NCBI GenBank assembly: GCA_964501035.1
Contig: CAZCRK010000001.1
Coordinates: forward strand, 62,001 to 100,514
Direction: 5' to 3'
DNA: 38,514 bases
Shown here: piece after piece, positions 26,187-36,517 of the stretch
Position numbering within the stretch: position 1 is the first letter of the stretch
Layout: each line of letters opens with the position of its first letter
The notes under the pieces: model-generated
What the model saw: the letters and a program-made list of their open reading frames with translations, nothing else
What the model was told of the DNA's origin: nothing
The model's database searches: none
Program-made: the position numbers and the translations under genes

Positions 26187-27644
26187 TTAGTAATCAAAAT
26201 CACTGTTTCCGATAAATTCTCTTAAAATGGAAATACCGGGTACTTTGTTTTCATCCAATGGTTTGAAAAATGATGTCAATGTAAGTAGTCTATCAATTTC
26301 ACTCGAAAATTCTAAACTCCGTTTAATGTTTGAAAGTAATTTTTTGCAATGATGTGCGAGAACTGGTAGTTCATAAATGAGCGCGGAATTAAACATAAAA
26401 TCTGCTTCCTCTTGAAATGGGAAAATATTTTTTTCCTCACCAAGTCTAACGGATTTCCAACGAGCAATTGTTTCTTCTGGTGTGTACCCTCGAAATCGAT
26501 TATCTCGAACCATTCTTCTAAACAACCTGTTATCAGCGGTAGAAAATCGGTGGTCTCCATCAATATTTAATTGAGTAATTGCACTGACAAATATTTTATG
26601 GATTTTCCCATTTGAAATATTGGATGTCAGTTCAGTATTTAGACCATGGATCCCTTCAATAATGATAAATTGATTTTTTTGTATCTGAATCGTATCGGAT
26701 GTATCAATTCCTTTGCCTGTTTCAAAATCATATTTTCGTACCGGCACAGAATGACCATCTAAAAGTAATTGAATTCGCTTGGATAATAATTCAGAATCAA
26801 GGACATCAAAGGATTCAAAATTTTGTTCACCATTTTGGTTTAATGGAATTTTATCTCTATCCACAAAATAATCATCCATTGAAATTTGTAAAGTAGAAAA
26901 TCCATTTACTTTTAAATGAATACTAAGTCGTTTTGCAAATGAGGTTTTTCCTGATGATGATGGACCTGCAATGGAAATAATTCGTTTTTGAGTGAACAAT
27001 TCTGAAATTGAATCAGCAATTTGGCTCAATTTCTTTTCGTGCAAACCCTCAGCAACCCAAATTAAATCTTTAATACCATTATACTCAATATGTTCATTTA
27101 ACTTTGGGATACTTTCAATACCTAAAATACTTCCCCATTGCTCATTTTCTTCAATAATACTATACAGCTTTGGCTTGTCAATGAATTTAGGAATTGACCC
27201 CGGTGAAGTTAGGGTGGGAAACCTCAATAACATTCCTTTATTGTATGGGATTAAATCAAAATTTTCCAACAATTGTTTGTTGGTTTCCATGGGTTCAATT
27301 TGATAATCCCAATAAGTTTGAAATTGCACAATTGGAATTGGATCAATTCCCCATTGTTCAATATTAGATGGTTTATTAAAAAGACCGTACTTTGCAAATT
27401 CAGTTAACACCCAATCTTTTGATTTTTTTGTAATTTCAATTGGAGAATCATTTGTAATCCATTCATTCATTTGAGTTTTAATTTCTGAAATATGTGAATG
27501 AGGGATGGAAGTCCAATCATGATGATGACAAAATAGTCCATCTGCAAATGAATGTTCTATCACCAATGATGGCGAAGAATACAAGCGTCGATATGCTACT
27601 GATAATAAAAAAGTTAACGTTGCCTGTTGTGCATTAATATTCAA
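26187..27644 (-). CDS. Uridine/nucleoside kinase-family protein with N-terminal ThrRS-like extension
   Basis: IAGPSSSGKT P-loop, MDDYF, IIEGIHGLN, RRMVRD..FRG; TTG start with RBS AAGGA. Confidence 0.82.
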   Translation of the reverse strand: MNINAQQATLTFLLSVAYRRLYSSPSLVIEHSFADGLFCHHHDWTSIPHSHISEIKTQMNEWITNDSPIEITKKSKDWVLTEFAKYGLFNKPSNIEQWGIDPIPIVQFQTYWDYQIEPMETNKQLLENFDLIPYNKGMLLRFPTLTSPGSIPKFIDKPKLYSIIEENEQWGSILGIESIPKLNEHIEYNGIKDLIWVAEGLHEKKLSQIADSISELFTQKRIISIAGPSSSGKTSFAKRLSIHLKVNGFSTLQISMDDYFVDRDKIPLNQNGEQNFESFDVLDSELLSKRIQLLLDGHSVPVRKYDFETGKGIDTSDTIQIQKNQFIIIEGIHGLNTELTSNISNGKIHKIFVSAITQLNIDGDHRFSTADNRLFRRMVRDNRFRGYTPEETIARWKSVRLGEEKNIFPFQEEADFMFNSALIYELPVLAHHCKKLLSNIKRSLEFSSEIDRLLTLTSFFKPLDENKVPGISILREFIGNSDFDY

Positions 27645-27731
27645 TACAAATCCTTAAATACATTATGGTTTACGCGTAAGAATATAGTTAATTTTGTTTA
27701 TTAAATTGACATAAAAGAAGATGGAGTAGAG

Positions 27732-28958
27732 ATGGAATTTAGACAATACAATTCAAAAAAGGATAATAAAGCAGCTCATCAAATTTGGCGTGAAATTGGC
27801 TGGATAGAATCTGGAAAAGAAAATATCATGGACTTGTTTCTTGAGTATAATGCCGCGTGGGTAGCAGAACTTGAATCATCTCCAGAATGTTTAGTTACCA
27901 GTTGTATGGGTGATATGCAATATCTCGACAAATCCATTTCTTTTAATTGTATCACTGCAGTGACAACAAGTCTTATTGCACGCAAACAGGGGCTTGCAGG
28001 TCGATTAACTGCTCATGCAATTTCACAAGAAGCTCAAAAAGGATCTTTAGTGTCTGCACTAGGGATTTTTGATCAAGGTTATTATGACAAATTAGGTTTT
28101 GGAACTGGTCCATATGAGCATATTATTAGTTTTGACCCTTCCACTATCAGAATTGATCGAAAACCAAAAGTACCAACTCGATTAACAGAAAAAGATATAG
28201 ATAAAATACATGAATCAAGAAAAAACAGGTTAAAACATCATGGTTCGTGTACAGCACCTTCACCTAATTCAACACTTTCAGAAATTAAATGGGCTGAAAC
28301 AGCTTTTGGTTTGGGGTACTTTAATGAAGCTGGTGAATTGACACATCATTTGTGGATGAATAGTAAAAATGTTGAAGTGGGGCCATTTAATATTTTATGG
28401 ATGGCGTATCAAAATATGGATCAACTACTGGACCTACTTGCACTCATAAAAAGTTTAGGTGATCAAATACGAGTGATAAGCATGGTGGAACCCACAGGAA
28501 TTCAGTTTCAAGACTTCTTGCAACGACCGTTTCATCATCAAATGACAACCAAGAAATCCGATTTTCAACAATCAAACCGAGCCATTGCGTATTGGCAAAT
28601 GCGAATGAATGATATTCCAAAATGTATGGATGTAACACATCTTCAATGTTCACCATTTTCATTTAATTTAAAAATACATGACCCGATTGAATCTTATTTA
28701 GATAGAGATAATTCATGGAATGGCGTGGGTGGAAGTTATGTTATTTCACTGGGCAAGAAATCTTCTGCGAATCAGGGGTTGGATGAAACGCTTCCTACAT
28801 TAAACACATCTGTGGGAGCATTTACCCGACTATGGTTAGGTGCAAATTCTGCTACTAGTTTATCGGTTTCGGATGATATGTCTGGACCTGACGAGTTATT
28901 GAATAAATTAGATTGGGCATTTAGACTACCCATTCCCAAACCCGATTGGCAGTTTTAA
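27732..28958 (+). CDS. Eis-like GNAT acetyltransferase with probable C-terminal SCP2-like domain
   Basis: VTTSLIARKQGLAGRL acetyl-CoA motif, YYDKLGFG; 408 aa size fits the Eis family. Confidence 0.7.
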   Translation: MEFRQYNSKKDNKAAHQIWREIGWIESGKENIMDLFLEYNAAWVAELESSPECLVTSCMGDMQYLDKSISFNCITAVTTSLIARKQGLAGRLTAHAISQEAQKGSLVSALGIFDQGYYDKLGFGTGPYEHIISFDPSTIRIDRKPKVPTRLTEKDIDKIHESRKNRLKHHGSCTAPSPNSTLSEIKWAETAFGLGYFNEAGELTHHLWMNSKNVEVGPFNILWMAYQNMDQLLDLLALIKSLGDQIRVISMVEPTGIQFQDFLQRPFHHQMTTKKSDFQQSNRAIAYWQMRMNDIPKCMDVTHLQCSPFSFNLKIHDPIESYLDRDNSWNGVGGSYVISLGKKSSANQGLDETLPTLNTSVGAFTRLWLGANSATSLSVSDDMSGPDELLNKLDWAFRLPIPKPDWQF

Positions 28959-29371
28959 CCCCAGTAACCTAAAATAGCACCCATCATAAGAAATGATACG
29001 AAATAATATCCAACATCAATGAAATAGAGTTTGACGGGTATTTTATCAAACACAATTCGGTGAAAATTGGTAAGGGCAATAAAACCAAGCCACCCCCAAA
29101 ACCCTGCATTCAGGCCGGCTTCTAAATTTGTTAATCCCTTGCTTTGGTAAAAAACTTTTCCATACACCACAAAGTGTTAGAGAATAAATGCAGTAAGTAC
29201 TGAAGTCATCTATACGAAAACAAGTTGAAATTTAGGAGCTTCCATTTCCGTTGTATTTCGTTTTGTGATTTCAAGCCAAATGTTACCAAACAATACTGGA
29301 GAATACCACAAAGCCCCTAATATTGTATACGCAGTCCCAGCACCAATAATAACCCAAATATTTAAATCCAT
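28955..29371 (-). pseudogene. DUF1761-family membrane protein interrupted by two in-frame stops
   Basis: RBS AGGAG + ATG 29371 (MDLNIW...LGALWYSPVLFGNIW); TAG at 29212-29210 and TAA at 29179-29177; the same frame continues into the 29170-28955 ORF (FIDVGY...GAILG). Confidence 0.85.
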
Positions 29372-29395
29372 TCTATCTCCTTTTTGGTTACATTA

Positions 29396-32300
29396 CTAAA
29401 AATCCAATCCAATAGTTATATACCATTGGCGATTTGATATCGTTCCTTTATGGGGATTGTACTGCCATGCATAATCTAATTGCCATGGCAACCCTAAAAA
29501 TATAAATCTAGGGCCAAATCCATACGACATCATCCAACCTACTCCCGAAGAAGTGTTGTCCCAACTGGTTGCATCCCAAAATTCAGGGTAACTGTCGTTC
29601 CATGCAACGCCAAAATCGGTAAAGAACACACCATTTATCTGTCCAAGATATTTGATTGTTGGGAAATAATATAATAAAAATGGAAGTCGTAGTTCAAGGT
29701 TAAACAATGCCACATGTTCACCCAGTTTAGACGCAATTTGGTACCCTCGGATTGGCATAACATATTCAGATAAAAATAAATTTTCAACATTGTCTTCGTA
29801 ATGAGTTTCATCAATAATTGAATTATTATTTGAAAATATCCATGGAGTGCCACCCAATCGAAACTTTCGTGGATTTGAGCCCCAACTTTTTCCACCAAAA
29901 AATCGACCTGCAATACTAATACCATTCCCCAAATTTGCATACTTGCGTGCATCAAATGTAAACGATTGAAATGATAAACCATCATTTCCCATTTTGGGAG
30001 CAACTTTTTGTTTGGCATAAATTCTGGAACCAGAAACAGGATACATATAACTCCATAAGGTATTGTCCCAAACGTAAGCAACCGATGGGATAGTAACATC
30101 GTATGCATCTGCGAGGGCTGTATCTTCAATAAGAACACCCTGGTCATCAATATCTGTAAAAACACTGCTAGATAAATGATTGTATTCTAGTCCGCCTTCA
30201 AGTCGATGAAACTTAGAAAAAGGTCGTTTCAGTTTAATTTCAAAACCCAAGTTTTGATATAAATAAAGTGCATCAATATTTAAGCTTTCAAATGCATAAT
30301 GATACAAGGCAACATCCCAATCAATTTTATTGGGTAAATATTGGTACCGCAATAAATAATCGGATGTTTTAAAATTAACTTCCATCTCTGTTGCGAGTAG
30401 AATTCGATGATTACCAAGCATATCACTAAACATGAAGTAACCCATTCCTTGTCCACCATAATTAGTGTCAAAAGACAACATTGCTTGGGCTAAATCCAAT
30501 GTAAATTTGGTTTTGTAATTACGACTTATGAAATTACCAGAACTATCTTGAAAACTTACTTGTTTTTCAACGTCTGCATCTTTTTGATGGGTTGCTTGGT
30601 TCTCAGTAAACCTATCAAAAACATAGTTTTTATATTGATTACTTTCAATCTGAGGTTTTAATTTTTTTTCTCGTAGAATAGGTGGCATAGTTTCTTCATC
30701 TATCCACTTTGAATTTTCAATATGTATCGTGGTTTTTAACTTTTCAAATGGGTTGGATAAGGTAAAAATATCGTACCCACTGTTGTTAAATCCAGTAAAA
30801 ATAAGCTGGGAATCATCTCCATTCCATGATAACTGAGTAATTCCTGTAATAGTATTTGTAATAGGTTTGGAGTTACCATTTTGGAGTAAATAAATATTTT
30901 TTACCCCAGTACCGTCATAGATATAGGCTATGGTTTCACCATCAGAAGAATAACAGGGATATGATTCATTAAAATCTGTGTTCGTTAATCGTTCCAATTC
31001 ACTGGTGTCAAGATTAATTGTATATATATCAATTTGATCCGGATTGTGGTTTTCAGGCAAAACGTCCAATCCTATTTTTAGAATATTTTCCCTATCTGAA
31101 ATAAAAATAAGTGCGTTTCCGTTTGGGTGCCACGAAACTTGGTCATCAGAAAATGGATCTTGAGTAATATTTTTAAGGGAATCTGCATCAATATTGTAAA
31201 CATAAATATCACTCGCAGTACCATCATTACCAATAAATGCTATTTCATTTCTTTTGGGATTCCAAGATGGTCTAAAAATTCCTTCCATTTTAAACCGAAA
31301 TTTCTGTTTTTCATTTGTATCACAATTCACAATAAACAACGCATCAGATTTCCCAGATTTTGCTGCAAATGCAATATGTGTATTATCAAATGACCACGTG
31401 ATTCCTGGTTTTAAAATATGTAGTTCTTCATATTCACTATTGCGTTCACCTTTTATAATTTGTTTGATGAAGTGACCATCTTCTGCAGATATAAGATAGA
31501 GTCCCATAGTTCCAGATTTGTTGGAAAACATTGCAATTCGACTACCATCCGGCGAGATTGCAGGAGCAATATTATACGAATTTTCTAATTCAACATGGTC
31601 AGTTAACTGTTGAAATTCATCCGTGATATGATTTCTAATAGATATGTCGGGCCAATAGGTTTCTTTTAAATATTGTTGCCATTGTTCGTTTAGGGTTTTT
31701 AAATCTACACTCAACGCACGTTTGAACCCTTTTTCAATTGAATGAGTTTCTTTGATGCGGTAAAAAATTTCTGCAATGGACTCTTCGCCCCATTTTGATG
31801 TAACAAATTTCCAAACAGATTGCCCACCACGATATGCAAGGTAGCCATTTAAAAGTGAAATACTTGGTAATTCACGTCCATTTATAGTTAAATCACGTAA
31901 CCACATATCTGAGTTAGTATCCCAACGTGTTGCCAAATATTCGGCAAGCCCTTCATTCATCCATCCAGGAATTACCACTCGATTTGGGTTTTGAACCATG
32001 GCATTATAACTCCCACCATACACACCATCATTTATAAATGCATGGACTAACTCATGATGAATAACATGTCTAAATTCTTTTTGAGAACCATCAAAAGGAA
32101 TTACCACTCGATTTTTGAAGAGTTCCGTAACACCCCCAATACCTTCAACCATATAAGATGATACCACATTGGTTTGTTGAAAATCATTATGTGAGTTATA
32201 CACAATAATTGCGACCCTTTTTTTAAGTCGCCAACCAATCAAATCTGCAATATGAAGGTAAGCTATTTCTGCTTCTGAAGCAACAAACTCAGCATGGGTA

Positions 32301-32446
32301 AGCCCTGGGTCATAATAATAAATATCAAAATGTTGAGATTGTATATATTTCCAATTGAATTCATCATACTGAACAATATTTTTTCCAAACTGTCCAAATA
32401 TAACTGAAAATCCAATCCATAAAATTGCAATTTTAGAAAATTTCAT
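29396..32446 (-). CDS. Omp85/BamA-superfamily protein with N-terminal peptidase-MA-like domain and PD40/TolB propeller
   Basis: QFGKNIVQY, HHELVH..WMNEGLAEY, PAISPDG repeats, PIRGY..ELRLP, terminal IGLDF. Confidence 0.85.
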   Translation of the reverse strand: MKFSKIAILWIGFSVIFGQFGKNIVQYDEFNWKYIQSQHFDIYYYDPGLTHAEFVASEAEIAYLHIADLIGWRLKKRVAIIVYNSHNDFQQTNVVSSYMVEGIGGVTELFKNRVVIPFDGSQKEFRHVIHHELVHAFINDGVYGGSYNAMVQNPNRVVIPGWMNEGLAEYLATRWDTNSDMWLRDLTINGRELPSISLLNGYLAYRGGQSVWKFVTSKWGEESIAEIFYRIKETHSIEKGFKRALSVDLKTLNEQWQQYLKETYWPDISIRNHITDEFQQLTDHVELENSYNIAPAISPDGSRIAMFSNKSGTMGLYLISAEDGHFIKQIIKGERNSEYEELHILKPGITWSFDNTHIAFAAKSGKSDALFIVNCDTNEKQKFRFKMEGIFRPSWNPKRNEIAFIGNDGTASDIYVYNIDADSLKNITQDPFSDDQVSWHPNGNALIFISDRENILKIGLDVLPENHNPDQIDIYTINLDTSELERLTNTDFNESYPCYSSDGETIAYIYDGTGVKNIYLLQNGNSKPITNTITGITQLSWNGDDSQLIFTGFNNSGYDIFTLSNPFEKLKTTIHIENSKWIDEETMPPILREKKLKPQIESNQYKNYVFDRFTENQATHQKDADVEKQVSFQDSSGNFISRNYKTKFTLDLAQAMLSFDTNYGGQGMGYFMFSDMLGNHRILLATEMEVNFKTSDYLLRYQYLPNKIDWDVALYHYAFESLNIDALYLYQNLGFEIKLKRPFSKFHRLEGGLEYNHLSSSVFTDIDDQGVLIEDTALADAYDVTIPSVAYVWDNTLWSYMYPVSGSRIYAKQKVAPKMGNDGLSFQSFTFDARKYANLGNGISIAGRFFGGKSWGSNPRKFRLGGTPWIFSNNNSIIDETHYEDNVENLFLSEYVMPIRGYQIASKLGEHVALFNLELRLPFLLYYFPTIKYLGQINGVFFTDFGVAWNDSYPEFWDATSWDNTSSGVGWMMSYGFGPRFIFLGLPWQLDYAWQYNPHKGTISNRQWYITIGLDF

Positions 32447-32585
32447 AATGAATTAAATTACTTCTATTGTTAAAAGTTCGAACTTTTTCATGTTGTAAGA
32501 TAATAATAATCTTTTACTTAAACGTAGTGAAAGGAATAGTTTGTACAGTGTTGAGTTAAAAACATAATCAAACACTTGAATTGGA

Positions 32586-33719
32586 TTATTTTTTTAGTAG
32601 ATAGTTTTCAAAAAAAGTAACTGTTTCCGAATTCAATTTTAGTAAGAGTTCATCAGCCGGCAATGACCCAGAAATTCCAATTTTCTTTAAAATTGGAGAA
32701 AATTGTGGTGTATCTGAAAAATCAAAATGGGTTGTCCCTTCAATTATCATTTTTTGTTTTATATTTTTACTTCGACTCATTAGTGTATCTAATTTTTCAT
32801 AATTGAGAGCATCATCCCATTCTGGTCGTCCCATAAACAAAAATGGTATGGATAACCCTTCATCAATCACATATTGTGGTATTGGGACCAACCATGCATC
32901 CAAGACCATACAAGCATCTATTCTATCGTCTTTAAAGGCAGTCATTATACTGGTCGCACCTCCAAATGAATGTCCAATAAGTCCAATTTTTTCAAGTTTT
33001 AATGTACCCCAAAAATTTTCTTCAGAATGGTTTAATACCGTTAATCTGTCTAATATAAATTGAATATCTGCAGTTCGTGTGTTGAGTTGAGGTAATCTAA
33101 AATCCCAAAAATCTTGTTCAGTTAACTCAAGTTTATTCCCATTCTTTGCCTGAAGATATGTTATGCCAGATCGATAATCTGCAAATGTGTTATCATCGAA
33201 TATTGTAATATTGGCATCATACGAATGGTCCGGAGCAATTACAAAATATCCACGACTTGCGAGTTCTTCCATTTGGATAGTATTTTGAGACTTCATACCC
33301 CCCAAACCATGAGAGAAAATAATAACCGGTAAATTATCTAGTCTAGGGTGAATTGGTGCATTTAATATGGAGTTAGTTTTGATATTTTGCATATGTTTAA
33401 TTAGAAAAACAGGTAATTCTAATTGTGCAGAAATAGGACCTAGTTGTTGCTCTGGTTTATCAATGTAATGATATCTTTTTGACGGTTGTGAATTTGTTGG
33501 ATACCAAATTTGTACAACAATTCTACGTACATCTGTTGTATCATCGGTAAACCACTCATCTCTAGAATTATCGGTCCACGTATATGTTTGCGTTCCCACA
33601 AAATATTCACCAGTTGGAGCTGGTAAATTGTTTAACGGTATAATTTTTGGAATAAAAACTGAGCATCCTTGTATTAATACAAGCCCAAACAGAGTGATAA
33701 TTTTATTGCAGATTCGCAT
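32586..33719 (-). CDS. PAF-acetylhydrolase-like alpha/beta hydrolase, probable lipoprotein
   Basis: LPAPTGEYFVG, VQIWYP, FSHGLGG, GHSFGG nucleophile, HFDFSD; lipobox-like IQGC. Confidence 0.85.
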   Translation of the reverse strand: MRICNKIITLFGLVLIQGCSVFIPKIIPLNNLPAPTGEYFVGTQTYTWTDNSRDEWFTDDTTDVRRIVVQIWYPTNSQPSKRYHYIDKPEQQLGPISAQLELPVFLIKHMQNIKTNSILNAPIHPRLDNLPVIIFSHGLGGMKSQNTIQMEELASRGYFVIAPDHSYDANITIFDDNTFADYRSGITYLQAKNGNKLELTEQDFWDFRLPQLNTRTADIQFILDRLTVLNHSEENFWGTLKLEKIGLIGHSFGGATSIMTAFKDDRIDACMVLDAWLVPIPQYVIDEGLSIPFLFMGRPEWDDALNYEKLDTLMSRSKNIKQKMIIEGTTHFDFSDTPQFSPILKKIGISGSLPADELLLKLNSETVTFFENYLLKK

Positions 33720-33780
33720 GTGGCAAACTACAAAAAGAATTGTTTACGGTGAGATGAATTTGTAAAAAGGATGAATAAAA

Positions 33781-34278
33781 CTAAGAAGACTTCATCTCCA
33801 AATCCAGCAACCATTGTTTAATATCTGGTCGTCCACCATATCCGCCAATTCCATTACTTGCAAGCACACGGTGGCAAGGGATTATCAGTGGCAAAGGATT
33901 TGTTGCATTTGCAGTTCCAACTGCCCGTGCTGCCCGTGGATTGTTGACCATTTTTGCTACTTGTCCATACGTGCGTGTTTCACCATAAGGGATAGTACAA
34001 ATAGTTTCTAGTGTTTTTCGTCGAAAGGGTGATGTTACAAGCAGATAATTACAATCAATTGTAGTACGATTTCCTTGAAGAAAATCGTGGATTTGAGTTT
34101 TGGCTTCGGCACACCATTCTTCAGATTGAATACTATCTTCTTCGCCTAAACTTTTGGAACACCACTCTAATACTTCTTGATGAGTTTTCCCCGGTAGAGA
34201 TACAAATACAATTCCTTCTTTAACTGCATAAATACCTAATCTTCCGATAGGAGTATTCATAAATGAATATTGAATCAT
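33781..34278 (-). CDS. ogt: Methylated-DNA--protein-cysteine methyltransferase
   Basis: IPYGETRTYG, RAVGTA, IPCHRV. Confidence 0.95.
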   Translation of the reverse strand: MIQYSFMNTPIGRLGIYAVKEGIVFVSLPGKTHQEVLEWCSKSLGEEDSIQSEEWCAEAKTQIHDFLQGNRTTIDCNYLLVTSPFRRKTLETICTIPYGETRTYGQVAKMVNNPRAARAVGTANATNPLPLIIPCHRVLASNGIGGYGGRPDIKQWLLDLEMKSS

Positions 34279-35543
34279 CGTTGAAGAATTTGATGTCGTC
34301 CTGGTCCAGTTGATATAATGGAAATACGTGTTTTTGAAATGTCTTCCAAAAATGAAATATATGTTTGTGCTTCTTTAGGAAGCTCTTCAAATGTTTCTAT
34401 TCCAGTAGTAGTGGTCTGCCACCCTTTGCATGTTTCATATATGGGTGTTATTTCATCAAGACGATGCATGACTTCAGACATTGATGTTGTAATTTTGCCA
34501 TCAATTTGATATCCTGTACACACTTTGATTTCAGCGAATGCATCTAAAATATCTAGTTTAGTAAGAGCAATATCTGTTAATCCATTCACTCTAGCACTAT
34601 AACGTGCTATAACTCCATCAAACCATCCACATCTTCGAGGTCTGCCGGTTGTTGCTCCAAATTCATGACCAAGTTTGCCTAATTTTTCGCCATCAGCGTC
34701 AAACAATTCAGTTGGGAATGGTCCTTTACCTACTCGAGTTACATATGCTTTCATTATCCCATATATTCTATCAACTTTGTTTAAAGGAAGCCCAATACCT
34801 GTGGTTATTCCGCCCGATGAGGGGCTAGATGATGTAACATAGGGGTATGTACCATGATCAGCATCTAATAATGTTCCTTGAGCACCTTCAATTAACATAT
34901 CTTTTCCGTTTTCAACATGTTCATGAATTAGGGCAAATGTATCTGAAACCAAATCTTTAATTTTTTTAGATGCAGTATAAAATGCATCAATATCAACACG
35001 GATTTGCTCTACATCTTGCGAATTAATTTCGCACTTTTCAATTGCAGATTTTAATCGTTCATCTACTTTCTTTTGCAAAGTGTTTTTATCCAATAAATCC
35101 AATGCACGCACACCAATCCGATTATATTTATCTACATACGTTGGACCTATCCCTCGGCAGGTGGTGCCGATTCGATTATTAGATGCCTCTTCGCTAGTTC
35201 TATCAATTGCTTTATGAATAGGTGTGACAATATGCGCATTTAAGGCAATGCGAACTGTATTTTCAGGAATTAAGCCATGATCTCGAATCATATCCATTTC
35301 TTCTACAAGACCAATGGGATCAATGACCATTCCATTTCCCAAAATGCAGTAGCAGTCTTTTCGCAAAATTCCCGAAGGTATTTGATGAAGTACCAATTTT
35401 TTGTCATTATGATACACAGTATGTCCCGCATTAGCACCGCCTTGAAAACGAGCTACAATTTTTGAGTTTCTGCTGAGTAGATCAACAATTTTACCCTTAC
35501 CTTCATCACCCCATTGACCACCAATTACTGCATCAATCGACAT
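34275..35543 (-). CDS. purA: Adenylosuccinate synthetase
   Basis: QWGDEGKGK, GGANAGHT, EGAQG, TTGRPRRCGW. Confidence 0.98.
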   Translation of the reverse strand: MSIDAVIGGQWGDEGKGKIVDLLSRNSKIVARFQGGANAGHTVYHNDKKLVLHQIPSGILRKDCYCILGNGMVIDPIGLVEEMDMIRDHGLIPENTVRIALNAHIVTPIHKAIDRTSEEASNNRIGTTCRGIGPTYVDKYNRIGVRALDLLDKNTLQKKVDERLKSAIEKCEINSQDVEQIRVDIDAFYTASKKIKDLVSDTFALIHEHVENGKDMLIEGAQGTLLDADHGTYPYVTSSSPSSGGITTGIGLPLNKVDRIYGIMKAYVTRVGKGPFPTELFDADGEKLGKLGHEFGATTGRPRRCGWFDGVIARYSARVNGLTDIALTKLDILDAFAEIKVCTGYQIDGKITTSMSEVMHRLDEITPIYETCKGWQTTTTGIETFEELPKEAQTYISFLEDISKTRISIISTGPGRHQILQR

Positions 35544-35564
35544 CTTATCTCCTAAATTTTATGC

Positions 35565-35599
35565 GTAAAAAAACCCCGTGTCCAGCGGAGCCTTTTTAC
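35565..35599 (-). terminator. Terminator-like hairpin between secF and purA
   Basis: Minus strand GTAAAAAGGCTCCG-ctggaca-CGGGGTTTTTTTAC; the three G-U pairs form only on the minus strand. Confidence 0.7.
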
Positions 35600-35632
35600 C
35601 AAATGATATTATGTTTAAATTATATATTGAAA

Positions 35633-36517
35633 TCACTTTTTTTGTTTTGATCGAATTTCCAAATCAAGCATTACAGGACTTGCTACAAACAAAGATGAAT
35701 ATGTACCGATCATAACACCAATAATAAGTGCAAATGAGAAGTATCGAATCACTTCACCACCAATGAAATACAAAATAAATACAACCATTAACGTAGTTAG
35801 TGATGTAATTACCGTTCTACTTAACGTTTCATTGAGTGACTTGTTGACGACATTTTCAAGGGTATCTTTTTTATCCATTTTAGTCATGTTTTCACGGATT
35901 CTGTCAAACACCACAATAGTATCGTTCAAAGAATAACCGACAATGGTTAAAAATGCAGCCACAATTGATAGGTCAATTTCAAAATTCAAAATTGAAAACA
36001 CACCTAAGGTTATGAGTACATCATGTATAAGTGCTGCTACACTTCCGGCTGCATAAAATCTATCAAACCGAAATGCAATATATATGAGAATTAACAGAAG
36101 TGCCATTCCGATGGCTTGCAAAGCATCCGACTGCAATTCCTTGCCAATTTTTGGACCTACAGATTCAACTCTTCGCACTGCAAATTCTTCTTCAAAAGCA
36201 CGATCTAATTTTTCAGTTAAATCTGAACCACTTCCTTTGAATTGAGTTTTAATTAGCACTTCTTCAGGGCTTCCAAATTCAATTATTTCAGTTCCTTCAA
36301 ACCCATTTGATTTTAAATCTTCTCTAAGGTCTGAAATGGATACAGGTTTGTCAAACTGCAACTGAGCAATAGTACCACCTGTGAAATCAATAGAAAGTGC
36401 AGGCCCACCCTTCATAAATAATGAAACAAGACCAACGATAATTATTGCAAGTGACAATACTCCTGCCAACCGTTTTTGTTTTATAAAATTAATAGATGTT
36501 TTTTGTAGAAATCTCAT
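35633..36517 (-). CDS. secF: Protein translocase subunit SecF
   Basis: IDFTGG, VGPKIGKEL, GYSLNDTIVVFDRIRE. Confidence 0.97.
   Translation of the reverse strand: MRFLQKTSINFIKQKRLAGVLSLAIIIVGLVSLFMKGGPALSIDFTGGTIAQLQFDKPVSISDLREDLKSNGFEGTEIIEFGSPEEVLIKTQFKGSGSDLTEKLDRAFEEEFAVRRVESVGPKIGKELQSDALQAIGMALLLILIYIAFRFDRFYAAGSVAALIHDVLITLGVFSILNFEIDLSIVAAFLTIVGYSLNDTIVVFDRIRENMTKMDKKDTLENVVNKSLNETLSRTVITSLTTLMVVFILYFIGGEVIRYFSFALIIGVMIGTYSSLFVASPVMLDLEIRSKQKK

Noticed and set aside
27670..27679. Palindrome TTACGCGTAA in a divergent promoter region
   Set aside because: Only 10 bp, single copy, compatible with chance.
29177..29212. Stop-codon recoding (pyrrolysine or alternative code) in the DUF1761 gene
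   Set aside because: One stop is TAA, and both TAA and TAG terminate ordinary genes throughout the window.
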